64,000 bases of DNA, taken from NCBI GenBank assembly GCA_034521815.1, contig JAXHLW010000013.1, forward strand, positions 1,536,001 through 1,600,000, read 5' to 3'. The notes below the pieces were generated by a model that worked only from the letters and a program-made list of their open reading frames with translations, did no database searches and was not told the origin of the DNA. Of this stretch, positions 22,819 through 33,527 are shown piece after piece. The position numbers and the translations under genes were made by a program. Positions within the stretch are counted from its first letter, which is position 1. Every line of letters starts with the position of its first letter. Source of the DNA: Trueperaceae bacterium (GTDB lineage: Bacteria > Deinococcota > Deinococci > Deinococcales > Trueperaceae).

Positions 22819-23038
22819 GGCGCACCGCCGCTCGGCGGACCCCGACACATTCGCGTGGTGACGGCCGGCGACGGCCACCAACGCCGGTAGGCTTCGAGCG
22901 CGACGCCTGGAGCGGGAGCGCGATCTTCGTCGCCCCATGCATTCGACTCGGGAGCGGCCTCGTCCATGTTGACGAGGCCGCTTCAGAGTCGCGCACGCGT
23001 CCAGCGACTCGGTCGGTCCGGTCAGCCAGCGACGCCGG

Positions 23039-24878
23039 TCAGCTGGGCGGCCAGACGATCGCGATCTGGATCGTGACCGAGTCGGTCATGCCGTCGCTGT
23101 CGACCGCCGTCAGTCGCACGTCGTACCGCACCGTGTTCACCGACATCGGAAAGCGCAGCACCGGGTCGGTCCCCGTGCCCCGCTGCTGAAACGAGCCCAC
23201 GCCCTCCCGTCGGACCTCCGACACCAGGCTTGCGCCGGTGAGCGCACCGTCCTGGGCGTCGCTGGCCGAGCCGGCGACCGCGACGTCGAGGTACGTGTTC
23301 ACGCCGTCGAGGTCGAACCAGTTGAAAACCGACTCGTCCGCGGGGCTCGAGATCGTCGCCGTCGGCGGCGCGCCGGTCTCCTGAACGGTCACCGTCACGG
23401 AGTCCGAGGCGGAGCCGTACTCCACGTAGATGGTGTGCTGGCCGGCGCCCAGCTTCGTCGAGTTCTGCAGTCCCCTGCCGATGATCGTGCCGTCGTCCGG
23501 ATCGTCCAGACGCCAGATCACCGGGGTAGAGCGGCACGTCCGTCTCCGGATGGTCGTCGTCGATGACGGCCGAGGCGGCACGGTGGCCCCTTCTGCGAAC
23601 ACGGCGCCGGTCGAGGGCTCGTCGATCGACACGGAGATGGCGCACAGATCCGGCGGGTTCGTCATGCCCAGATCGCCCACGATGACGCGAACCGTGTCGG
23701 TCGCCAGCTCGCCCTGGCTGGGCAGAGATCGCGGACACGATCACGTCGTGCACGCCGTCGCAGAAGCGGTGCGAGGACGATTGGCCCAGCGCGTTCGACG
23801 CGAAGGTGAACGGCACGCCATCCCGGTCGTACGTCCAGGTGGAGGAGCAGGTCACGGTCGTCCAGGGCGGGGTCGATCACGGCGTCGGCCGCGAACGTCA
23901 CGGTGTCGCCCTCGTCCACGGTGACGGTCGCCTCCGGCTCGGTGATGTCGGCGAACGGCAGGTCCTCCTCGGGGTACAGCCTGCGAATGCCGGCCAGGTC
24001 GCCGTCGGTGAGCCTGTTCGCCGGCTGGATCGTTGGTCCGAGCGTGCGGATGGTCGTCATCCGATTCCCGTTGGCGTCGACCTTCCCGAACGCGGTTCGA
24101 CTGTAGTGCATGATCGAGGTGTAGCCGTACTCGCCCAGCGGCAAGCCGGGGCCGAACAGGCGGAAGTTGCCGGACCTGTCAGGGTTCGTTCGGATGTTGT
24201 CCCACACGATCTCGACGAAGTCGTCGCGGTCGGTGCGCTGCTGCTCGTGCTTCAGGCCGACGGTATGACCCAGCTCGTGAACGACCGTCGCGATGCGCGT
24301 GCAGGCGTTCTCGTCCAGGCGGATCTCCTGACGGCCGACCTGACGGCCGACGGCGGACCAGCAGCGGCTGTTCACGGTGACGAACTCGACGTAGTCCGCC
24401 TCACCGTTGCGTGGCACGAACTCGATCGCAGTCGACTCGTTCCAATGCTCGATGGCGGGCTCGATCACGTCGTCTCGGTAGCTCTGCGAGAAGTCGTCGC
24501 TCACGACGTAGGGAATCTCGTACACGTAGGGCGGCGTGGCGGTCGACGCCGGCCAGTAGCTCGTCGCGATTCCGTGAGAGTGGGGCGTCAGCTCCCCCAT
24601 GGCGGTGAGCTCGTCGTACGTCCCGAGCGCGATGTCGCCCTCGATCAGCACCACGCCCTCGACCAGCTCTGCGGTCAGCTCCGTCGCCTGATCCTCGCCG
24701 GGAACGTGTACGAGCAGCTCGACGGGCTCGCCCGCAGGCCCGGCGAGGTACTCGTCCTGGACCACCTCCGACGCCGGACGGGTCCGGCGTCTGGACGCAA
24801 CCGGCCAGGAGGAACGGCGATCGTGACGAGGGCCGATCGATGCAGCGTGCGTGCAGTCCGTCTACTGGGTCGATTCAT
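23039..24878 (-). CDS. Astacin-family (M12A) metalloprotease, probable lipoprotein, with C-terminal Ig/PKD-like repeats; several frameshifts
   Basis: Pro-peptide IEGDI, HELGHTVGLKHEQQRTDRD zinc motif and SIMHY Met-turn, followed by beta-rich repeats ending at 23039. Confidence 0.85.
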
Positions 24879-24977
24879 GGTGACACCGATGCACACCGGG
24901 CGTGAAAACGCCGTGAACACGTGCCGCGCGGACGCATGGCGTGGCGTCAAGGAGTTCGACGCCACGCCCGACGCAGA

Positions 24978-25124
24978 TCACGCCGGCGTTCTCGCACGGC
25001 GTATGCCAGGTCTTCTCGAACCCTGCGTGGCCGACGTGAGGGCGGCGCCTGAGCAAGCGACAAGCGCCACTCCGACAAGTGCCGCGGCCGACAGGAACGA
25101 GACGATGGGTCGAACGGATCGCAT
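24978..25124 (-). CDS. Small 48-aa putative lipoprotein or truncated remnant
   Basis: GGAGGAG RBS and MRSVRPIVSFLSAAALVGVALVAC lipobox. Confidence 0.45.
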   Translation of the reverse strand: MRSVRPIVSFLSAAALVGVALVACSGAALTSATQGSRRPGIRRARTPA

Positions 25125-25196
25125 GGGAACTCCTCCGTGCGGCGCGCAGCGCGCCACGGGCTCGGATCCGCCCGCCGGCGCGCTGTGGGGCGCGTC

Positions 25197-26636
25197 TCAG
25201 CCCGCGGGCTGGATGTTCTGGTTGACGCGGAACAGGTTGTGCGGATCGTAGGTCGCCTTCACCCGAGCCAGGCGGGGGTAGTTGTCGCGGTAGCTCGCCC
25301 GCACCCGCTCCTGCCCCTCGTCCATCATCATGTTCACGTACGCGCCCCCGGCCGAGTGCGGGTGCAACGCGTCGTGATACGCCTTCGTCCACGTCTCGAT
25401 CGCGCCCGCGTTGGCGGGATCGGGATCGACGCCCACGATCACCTGCGCCCAGTTCGCGCTGCGGTAGCTCCACGGCGTCGCGTCGTTCGTGACGTCGTGG
25501 GCGGCCCCATCGATCGGGTAGAGGTGCATGCTCGACTGCATCGTCGGCATGGTGGCCCCGTGCTCGACGTGGGCCGCGATCGCTGCGTCGGACAGCTCGT
25601 CGAAGAAGTCCGCACGCCAGTACCACTGGTGCCCGGCCGGATAGAACCGATCGAACGCGCTCTGGAGTGCCGGGAACGGCATGTCTTGCACGCCGTGCAT
25701 GAGCGGCGTCCCGAAGGCCGCCACCGGCGCGAAGACCTCGTCGGCGCGTTCGGGCGGGCCCGTGTAGCACCAGACGATCCCGCACACCTTCCGCCCGTGC
25801 AGATGCTCGGGGAACGGCGGGGCCGGCGGGACCGTCAGGAACGCGAAGAAACCGTTCAGGTCGCGCGGCGCCTCGCGGATGAAGTCGCGGTACCAGCGCA
25901 TGACGTCGGCCGCGTCCTCCAGCGCCCAGAAGGTGGGTCCGCCGATCACGGTATCCACCGGGTGCAGCCGGAACAGGAACGAGGTGACGACACCGAAGTT
26001 GCCGCCGCCACCCCGCACCGCCCAGAACAGGTCTTCGTGCTCGTGCGCGTTGGCGGTGACGAGTCGCCCGTCGGCCAGCACCACGTCCACCTCGAGAAGG
26101 TTGTCGATCGTCAGGCCGTGGCGTCGCGTCAGGTGCCCCAACCCACCGCCGAGGGTCAGCCCACCCACGCCCGTGGACGCGATGATGCCGCTCGGGACAG
26201 CGAGGCCGAAAGCGTGGGCGGCATGGTCCACCTTGCCCCACGTGGCTCCCCCCTCGACCCGGGCCGTACGCGCCTCGGCGTCGATCCGCACGCCGTTCAG
26301 ACCGGCCAGGTCGAGGAGTACACCGTCGTCGACGCTGCCGAGTCCACCACCGTTGTGCCCGCCGCCCCGAACCGCCAGCGGCAGGCCGTGATCGCGAGCG
26401 AACGCCACCGTCGCGATGACGTCCGACACGTCCACGCACTGCGCGATGAGCCAGGGCCGCTTGTCGATCATGGCGTTGTAGAGCGCGCGCGCTTCGTCGT
26501 AGTCGGCGTCGCTCCTGCGAATCAGGTCTCCACGCAAGCGGGCCTCGAAGTCGAGCACGGCTTCCGCCGGCACGTTGGGCTCGGCTGCGAGAACGTTCGG
26601 TCGGGTGACGGACAGGTTCGGTTCGATGTCGGACAT
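25197..26636 (-). CDS. FAD-binding oxidoreductase (berberine bridge enzyme-like)
   Basis: RGGGHN covalent-FAD His motif, TGVGGLTLGGG, RGGGGNFGVV, GAYVN and YDPHNLFR. Confidence 0.92.
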   Translation of the reverse strand: MSDIEPNLSVTRPNVLAAEPNVPAEAVLDFEARLRGDLIRRSDADYDEARALYNAMIDKRPWLIAQCVDVSDVIATVAFARDHGLPLAVRGGGHNGGGLGSVDDGVLLDLAGLNGVRIDAEARTARVEGGATWGKVDHAAHAFGLAVPSGIIASTGVGGLTLGGGLGHLTRRHGLTIDNLLEVDVVLADGRLVTANAHEHEDLFWAVRGGGGNFGVVTSFLFRLHPVDTVIGGPTFWALEDAADVMRWYRDFIREAPRDLNGFFAFLTVPPAPPFPEHLHGRKVCGIVWCYTGPPERADEVFAPVAAFGTPLMHGVQDMPFPALQSAFDRFYPAGHQWYWRADFFDELSDAAIAAHVEHGATMPTMQSSMHLYPIDGAAHDVTNDATPWSYRSANWAQVIVGVDPDPANAGAIETWTKAYHDALHPHSAGGAYVNMMMDEGQERVRASYRDNYPRLARVKATYDPHNLFRVNQNIQPAG

Positions 26637-26686
26637 GTCGCTCCTCTCGGATCACGACGCGGCCTTGACGACCGCGTTGCGATCCC

Positions 26687-26733
26687 GAGCCTAGATGGAC
26701 GAGCGTTCCCGCAGCGTTGCCACCGCGGGAACG
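26687..26733 (-). promoter_or_regulatory. Operator/promoter element, copy 1 (upstream of the FAD oxidase)
   Basis: Minus strand: CGTTCCC-N5-GGCAACG-N4-GGGAACG-N10-TAGGCT, matching the copy at 28667-28713. Confidence 0.75.
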
Positions 26734-26746
26734 TGTTTGTAGCGCT

Positions 26747-28513
26747 TCAGCAGATCGTGCCGAACCTGATCATGACCGAGCGGCTTCCGACGAATCCGTC
26801 GGCGTCCGTGGCGTCCAGGATCATCTTCGCGAACTCCGGGTCGCAGTCGTCGACGTCGATCGTCTGCTCGGGGATCCAGACCCGGCTGGCGCCGGGGCCG
26901 ATGTCGACCACCACGCCCCCGTTTCCGTTCAGGTCCGTCGGGTAGGCGATCGACCACTGGTACGCGTACGGCTCCAGACCGCCGCTGGCGCTTCCTGCCA
27001 GGACGATGGCTTCGCCGGCCGCCAGGTGCTGCTGATCCTGCGGATTCGTGACCGTCACCAGGACGAGGGGTTGTTCGGAGACCGTGACGGTCACGGTGTC
27101 GGCCTCGCTCGTGCCGACGGGATCGGTGCCCACCAACGTCAACGTCCGACTGCCGGCCGTGGCGAACGAGACCTGCGTGGTGCAACCCGCCACAGGAAAG
27201 GGGTCGCTGGCCAGGCTCGACGTCCAGCGGCACGCGACCGTATGGCCGTTCGGATCGAACGCGGAGCCCCTCAGCGTGACGTCGTCGCCGACGAAGATCT
27301 GCGTTGCCGCGGTCGGAGCCTGGATGAAGACGGTCGGCGCTTCGTCCGTCTCGCGAGCGAAGGTCGTACAGCGGCCGAAGAGGGTGGCCTCGTACTCGAT
27401 ACCGAGCACGGGGATGGAATCGATGCCGACGAGGCCGGTCAAGCATCCCTCGAGCTCCCACAGCGTGGTGCTGGTACCGGGCAGACCGCTCTGATTCGCC
27501 TCGATGCGGGGACCCGCCTCGAGCGCTCCGTACGGGCCGACCGCGCCGTAAAGGTACAGCTCGAAGCGTCCGCCCACGGCAGCACGGGCCACGGCTTGGC
27601 CAGCGAAGTCGGCGGCGCCGCGATCGAAGCTGACGGTGTTCTCCGACACGTTCCGAAAGCCCCTGTCGGAGTTGTAGGTGAAGCCGCCGCTCGCGGCGAG
27701 ATCCTGGTCGGCGACGAACACGAGCTCGCCGCTGAGGGTGCCGGAAGCCGTCAGGTAGACCTCCAACCGCGGCGTCAGCACGATCGGCACGAACGCGATG
27801 GTGAACGTGATGGGAGCGAAGTCGTGGCTGGCGATCACGAACTGCTCGTCGAAGGCGAGGGCGTCGCTGCCCTCGATCTTGAGGTTCGCCGTCTCGGTCA
27901 GGCCGATCTTGAAGAGCAGGTCCAGGTCAGGAATCTCGATGCAGATACCGAATTTGCGGTCGTTGCAGGTGATATCGATGTCCAGCTCCAGGATCGGCTG
28001 GATGTTCAGCGTGCCAGTCGCGCGAAATGCGCCGTTGGTGCCGAAATCGCTGTCGATCACGTGCTCGAACGCCTGGACCTCGATGCCGGATTGAAGCGCC
28101 GTGGATCCGGCCAAGTCGCTCTCGTCGAGCGCCAAGCTCACGCTGAGGCTTCCCTGATGAACGGCTTCACGGAGCTCGGCGGCCACCGTTTCGACGATCA
28201 CCTCACCGCCTTCCGAGCGAACGCTGGTGACCTTGCGCAACAGCCCGGACGGTGCGGCGGCGGTGGGTTCGCTCACGACGACGTCGCCGACCTCGATCGC
28301 GTCCGCGACGCCGGTCTCCGAGGCGAACCGAAGCGTTCCCTGATCGCCCACCTCGAGCAGCCCCTCGCGCGCGTCGGCGTCGAGAACCTTGGTGGTGGGC
28401 GGGACGATGGTCTCGGTCGTACCGGTGCCACCTCCCTCGGGCGGTAGCTGCGTGCACCCTGCCAGGAACAGCAAGACCGCCGCAGCGAGGACGGTTCTCC
28501 CTCTAGCACCCAT
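26747..28513 (-). CDS. Lipoprotein with C-terminal Ig/PKD-like domains (true start may be the ATG at 28616 if there is a 1-nt indel)
   Basis: LLFLAGC lipobox, PPTTKVLD, APSGLLRKV and beta-rich C-terminal repeats. Confidence 0.8.
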   Translation of the reverse strand: MGARGRTVLAAAVLLFLAGCTQLPPEGGGTGTTETIVPPTTKVLDADAREGLLEVGDQGTLRFASETGVADAIEVGDVVVSEPTAAAPSGLLRKVTSVRSEGGEVIVETVAAELREAVHQGSLSVSLALDESDLAGSTALQSGIEVQAFEHVIDSDFGTNGAFRATGTLNIQPILELDIDITCNDRKFGICIEIPDLDLLFKIGLTETANLKIEGSDALAFDEQFVIASHDFAPITFTIAFVPIVLTPRLEVYLTASGTLSGELVFVADQDLAASGGFTYNSDRGFRNVSENTVSFDRGAADFAGQAVARAAVGGRFELYLYGAVGPYGALEAGPRIEANQSGLPGTSTTLWELEGCLTGLVGIDSIPVLGIEYEATLFGRCTTFARETDEAPTVFIQAPTAATQIFVGDDVTLRGSAFDPNGHTVACRWTSSLASDPFPVAGCTTQVSFATAGSRTLTLVGTDPVGTSEADTVTVTVSEQPLVLVTVTNPQDQQHLAAGEAIVLAGSASGGLEPYAYQWSIAYPTDLNGNGGVVVDIGPGASRVWIPEQTIDVDDCDPEFAKMILDATDADGFVGSRSVMIRFGTIC

Positions 28514-28666
28514 GTGCGCCTGGTGCGAGCTGCGGCAGGACGGCGGCGCAGCTCGAGCTGTCTTGGCGTGGGCCGTCAGGTCGGCTTCGGGAGACGCTCG
28601 GGACGATCATCGACATGGTGCTCCTCTCGTCTGGCGACGGGACCTGCGTGGTCCAGCAGCGAAGGC

Positions 28667-28713
28667 GAGCCTAGAAGCGAGACCGTTCCCCCGGCGTTGC
28701 CGACATGGGAACG
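28667..28713 (-). promoter_or_regulatory. Operator/promoter element, copy 2 (upstream of the lipoprotein)
   Basis: Minus strand: CGTTCCC-N5-GGCAACG-N4-GGGAACG-N10-TAGGCT. Confidence 0.75.
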
Positions 28714-28780
28714 CCCCGGAGCGAGTCCGGGGCGGTGGGCGTGCGGCGCGGCGCCCTGCGTAGATCGATCGCCCGCAGCC

Positions 28781-29044
28781 TCAGCGGAACATCGTCGGGT
28801 CCAGCTCTCGCACCAGCGACGCACTGTCGAACGGCATGTCGGCGCGGCGGGCGTGCTCCAGGAGCAGCTCCAGGTTCAGCGCTTCGTACTCGCAGTAGAT
28901 CTTGCCCTCCTCGGCGGAATAGTACGAGCGGATCCAGCGGATCCCGGCCATGCCGGCCAGCGCGTCGACGCCGCGGGCTCCCGAAGCTTCGATCTCGCTC
29001 TCGGTCAGCTCTCCGACCGTTCGGTGAATCAGGTACTTCTGCAT
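28781..29044 (-). CDS. DUF4242 (SCO4226-like) small protein
   Basis: KYLIHRT, WIRSY..EEGKIYCEYEA..E...EHA, AAGGAG RBS. Confidence 0.78.
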   Translation of the reverse strand: MQKYLIHRTVGELTESEIEASGARGVDALAGMAGIRWIRSYYSAEEGKIYCEYEALNLELLLEHARRADMPFDSASLVRELDPTMFR

Positions 29045-29179
29045 TGCGATGCTCCTTCGTCCGTGAGGGGCGGCACCTCGGGAGGTGGTCGGCCGCGGGC
29101 GTACGTACGTGCGCCTTCGGACGCAGATACGTGGGTGGATGCGCTCTCACGCTCGACGCGGTCTGATGGACGGGTCAGG

Positions 29180-32100
29180 TCATGGGCCTCCCGCCTGCGG
29201 CGTCGGGACGCCTCCTAGCGCCGCGAGCGCGTCGGCCGTCGCCGTCGCACCCTCGACATCGGCCCCGTCGCGGCGCAGCGCCAGCGACCGCTCCAGGCAG
29301 GCACGGGCCTCCTCGGTGCGTCCTGCGCGCTGGTAGCTCGACGCCAGACTGGACAGCAGGAACGCCTCCCCCAGTGCATCGCCGCCGCCGCGTGCCCGGT
29401 CGACCGCGTCGCGCGCCGCCTCGATGCTCTCGTCGAACCGCCCCAGATCGCGGTACACCACGCCGAGGCTGGCGCGGGCGGCCACCTGCCGCTCGTGCAT
29501 GTCGGCGCGGAGCGCCGTGTCGTACGCGTCCCGGTACGCCTGCGCGGCGCTCTCCAGATCGCCCGTGGCCCAATGCAGCGCGCCGAGCTCCATCTGCACC
29601 AGGCCCAGTCGGTGGGCGTCGCCCGACCTGCCGAAGATCTCCTCCGCTACTCCCAAGCTGCTCCGGGCGTCCTCGGGGCGCCCCAACCGCCGCCGGGCGA
29701 CACCGCTGTGAAGCACGAGCGCGTCGCCCTGTCCGGCCTCGTCCTCGGCCATGCCCGTCATCGCGAACGAGGCCTCCAGCAGCCGTGCCGCCGTGAGGTA
29801 GCTGCGGGCCGCGTCCTCGTACGCGCCCAAGCCCTCCAGCGCGACACCGCCGCTGATGCGCGGGTACCCTTCGTGCCGCAGGTCGCCGGTCGCCGCGCCC
29901 TGCCGGGTGGCGGCCTCGAAGTTGTCCAGCGCGCGCCGGTAGTCCCGCCGCCCCAGGTAGATCTTGCCGAGGTTCATGTGCTTCTCGACGACGAGATGCT
30001 TGTCCTCGAGCTGCACGCAGATCGGCAGCAGGCGCTCCAGTACCTCCGCTGCCGCCACCTCGTCGTTCGCTCGGAGATGCATCCAGGCCCGGATGTCCAG
30101 ACGTAGGTACGCCCCGAGCAGGTCGCCGAGCTCCTCGTAGATCGACGCCGCCTGCTCCGCCCAGCGTTGCGCTTCGTCGTCGTCGTCCAGCCACCGGTAC
30201 GCGTGCGAGATGTTCTCGGCCGTCGCGGCCAACGCTCGCCGGTGCCCCAGCTCGCGGTCGATCGCCATCGCCGCGAAGCTGGCCTCGATGACCTCCCGGT
30301 AGTCGCCGCGCATCCACGCGAGGTACGCCACCTCGCGGTAGCCGCGCGCCCTGGAGCCGGCGTCGCCGAGCCGTTCGAACAGCGCGTCGGCCCGCGCGAA
30401 CGCCTCCGCCGCACCGGCACGGTCGCCTCGCACCGACAGCATCGCCATGCGCTTGAGGGTGGCCTCGGCCATCATGGCCGGGTCCCCGATCCGCTCCGCG
30501 AGCGCATGGAGGCGCTCGATCGTGTCGATCCACTCAGGCCGCCGATTCATGAACTCGAGCAGCCGCTCGATCGCCTGGAGTACCTCGAAACGCTTGCGAT
30601 CCGCATCCTCGAGGCGAGGCACGATCGCCAGCATGCGGGCGTACGCCTCCCGGGCGACCTCCCAGGCGCTGTCCGCTTCTGCGAAGCGTGCCGCCACGCG
30701 CAGGTGGTCGTACGCCTCGGGCCACATCTCGGCCCGCAGGTAGTGGTGAGCCAGCTCCGCGTCGTCCGCGCCGTCCGCCTCCAGAGCCAGCCCGACGCGT
30801 GCGTGCAACGATCGCCGGACGGGCGGCCCCAGACTCTCGTACACGGTCTGTCGCAGCTTGTCGTGAGAGAACGCGTACGAGCCGTCCGACTCCGCGACGA
30901 TCAGTCCCGCCGCGACGAGCGGCTCGAGCGTCGACCACAACGCCAGCGAATCGCCGGGGATCACCCGCTCGAGAAGGCCGAACGCGAACCGGCGTCCGAT
31001 CACGGCCGCCACGTCCAGCACGGCGCGCGCATCCTCGTCGAACCCTCGGTAGCGGGCCCAGATCAGCGACCGGATCGACTCGGGCACGACGGCCTCGGCG
31101 ATGCGCTCGCGGCTCGGGGCGGCCAGCCGTGTTGCGGCGCCGTGCTCCAGCAGGTGGGCGTCGCGAAGCCAGCGAAGGTACTCCAGCACGTAGAACGGGT
31201 TGCCTTCCGACTCGCCGTGGACGAACGCGGCGAAGCCGTCGAGCTCGGCGCCCTCCCCGCCGAGGACCTCCGCCACCAGCGCGCGTGTCTGGCTCGCGTC
31301 GAACCGGCTCAGGCGAACGGTGCGGATCGCCCGGCGCTCGGACAGCTGCGCCTTCCAGCGCTCGAGCACGCTGCGATCCTCGCGACGGTGGCTGACCACG
31401 ATCAGCACGCGCTCGTCGCGGATGCGGTGAGCGGCGTAGGCGAGGAACTCGAGCGTGGCCGCGTCGGCCCACTGCAGGTCGTCGACGAACAGGACGACGC
31501 CGGCGCCTGGCGAGGCGGCCTGCACGAGGCGGGCGGTCAACACCCGGTGCACGCTGCCGCGCTCCCGGATCTCGGACGCGGCGAAGCGCGCGGCGTCGGG
31601 GGCGTGCACGACCTCCTCGCCGCCCACCGCGCCCAGCGCCGCCCGGACGGGCTCCAGGGGCGCGCTCAGATCGCGTTCGTAGCAGCGGCCGGCGAACGCC
31701 TGGACGCCGAGGGGCAGGCCGGCCAGGAACGTCTCGACCAGTCGGGTCTTTCCGACCCCCGCCTCGCCTTCGACCGCGACGATGCCTCCTTCGCCCGCGA
31801 GGGCCGACGCGAGGTGCTCGCCCAGCGCAGCGAGCTCGGCCCGCCGACCGACGAACGACGTCGTGCCCCATGGCGCGGCCACGCCTCGTACCGGGTGCGT
31901 CGAGGGGCCCGCAAAGCCCGACATCGCACCCTGTGACACGTCCGAAGGGGAGGTGGACGGTACGGGAGATGGCTCCGCCGACGGTGTGCGCGTCTCCGCC
32001 TTCGGAGGACGCCCGGATGCCGGCCGTCAGCTCCTGGTGCAGCTCACGCATCGCGCCGTCCGGCTCGATGCCCATCTCGGCGTTCAGTTCGCGCGCGTAC

Positions 32101-32705
32101 GTCGCGTACAGTCGCTGCACCGCGTCGATGCGGCCGGCGGCCGCCAGGCTCCGCATGCCGCACCGCACGGCGCGCTCGTCCAGCGGATCGGTGTCGAGGA
32201 GCGCGAGGGACAGCTCGGCCGCCGCTTCGGGATCGACCCGCTCGAGCCGGTCGCACTCGGCGATTCCCGCGTCGACGAGCCGCGTGCGGAGCTGTGCGCG
32301 CTCGTGCTCGAGCCAGCGGGCGAACTCCGGGGGTGCACCGACGTCGAGCCCCTCGAGGAGCGAGCCTCGATACAGCTTCAACGCTGTCGCGACGTCTCGT
32401 ACGCGCAACGCGTCGCGCCAAGCGCGCAGATCGGAGTCCACCCGCCAACGGAACCGGTCGCCCTCCGTCTCGATGCCACGCAAGCTGTGCCGTGCCCGGT
32501 GAAGGAGCTTGCGCAGGTTCCGGCGCCCGACGGCGTCCACACGGTCGGGCCAGAACAGGAAGATCACCTCGTCGCGCGCCACCCACTCCGCCCGGGCCGC
32601 CAGGTACGCGACGAACCGGTGCAGGTGACTGGCGACCAGGAACCTGCGCCGTCCATCCTGGCGCAGGTCCGGGCGGCCGAACAGCCGCACGGCATCAGGG
32701 GGCAT
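29180..32705 (-). CDS. SARP/BTAD + AAA (STAND-type) ATPase + TPR transcriptional regulator, frameshift near 31950
   Basis: N-terminal VRLFG..FWPD..RNLRKLL and DPLDE (wHTH-BTAD), FVGR, GEAGVGKT, LFVDDLQWAD, GNPFY, FSHDKLR and long TPR C-terminus. Confidence 0.88.
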
Positions 32706-32814
32706 GGAGCATTGTAGGCCCAGATCCCGGCCGGGGACCGTCCAACCGCCGTTGGAGCGCCCTGGCCGGCGTTCACGCCGCCCCCGCCCTATCGCGACTG
32801 CAGCGTCCCCGCCG

Positions 32815-33354
32815 TCACGCCTCCACCTTCACGCTCGTTGCGGGACGCGCTACGAGCGTGGCAGCGATCTCACGAGCCCACGCCGCGATCGTCGAGGGAT
32901 CGCGGTAGTCGCCCACGGGCGCCTTGACCGCGCGGACGACCCAGCGCTCGAACAGGCCCAGCTCCTCAGGGTCCAGCTTTCCGTGGAACAGCCGCACGTC
33001 GCGCGGCGCGATGCGCTCGATCGTGGCCTGCAGGGGCTTGGGGTAGGTCCAGCCGTCGGTGAGCTCCACCGGATCGCCCTCGTCGGTCGGTCCGCTCGAA
33101 AAGATCCAGGTATCGCGCCCGGCGAGCAGATCGGCGTAGCGGGTCACGAATCGGCTCGCTTCGCGGCGCCAACGCCCCATGTACACCGCGCTACCCAGCA
33201 CGACGGCGGAGTACGGCGCCATCTCCGTCACCTCTCCCACCGGCGCGACGTGAACGGGTAGGCCGGCGTCGGCCAGGACCGCTCCGATCTGTTCTGCGAT
33301 CTCGGCGGTCGACCCGTGCTTGCTCGCGTACGCGACGAGCACCTGGCCGATCAT
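32815..33354 (-). CDS. Flavodoxin-domain protein (HemG-like / Flavodoxin_5)
   Basis: VLVAYASKHGSTAEIA, GSAVYMGRW, FHGKLD and GDYRD. Confidence 0.85.
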   Translation of the reverse strand: MIGQVLVAYASKHGSTAEIAEQIGAVLADAGLPVHVAPVGEVTEMAPYSAVVLGSAVYMGRWRREASRFVTRYADLLAGRDTWIFSSGPTDEGDPVELTDGWTYPKPLQATIERIAPRDVRLFHGKLDPEELGLFERWVVRAVKAPVGDYRDPSTIAAWAREIAATLVARPATSVKVEA

Positions 33355-33527
33355 GGCGTGGCACCGCTCGGAAAGAAGACCGTCATCTCGAACCTCGCTA
33401 TCGGACCCGTGTCGGGTCGATCCGTCGCATTTTCGCCTGCATCTCGCCAGCCCATGGCCCGCACCCCGCCCGTCAGGATAGGTGAAAGCGACGCGCCCGC
33501 CCAGGGCGTTCGTCCTTTGAATCGACG

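Noticed and set aside
29180-32705. Avs/NLR anti-phage defence system
   Set aside because: The N-terminus is a SARP/BTAD DNA-binding module rather than a nuclease, TIR or SIR2 effector, so a transcriptional regulator fits better.
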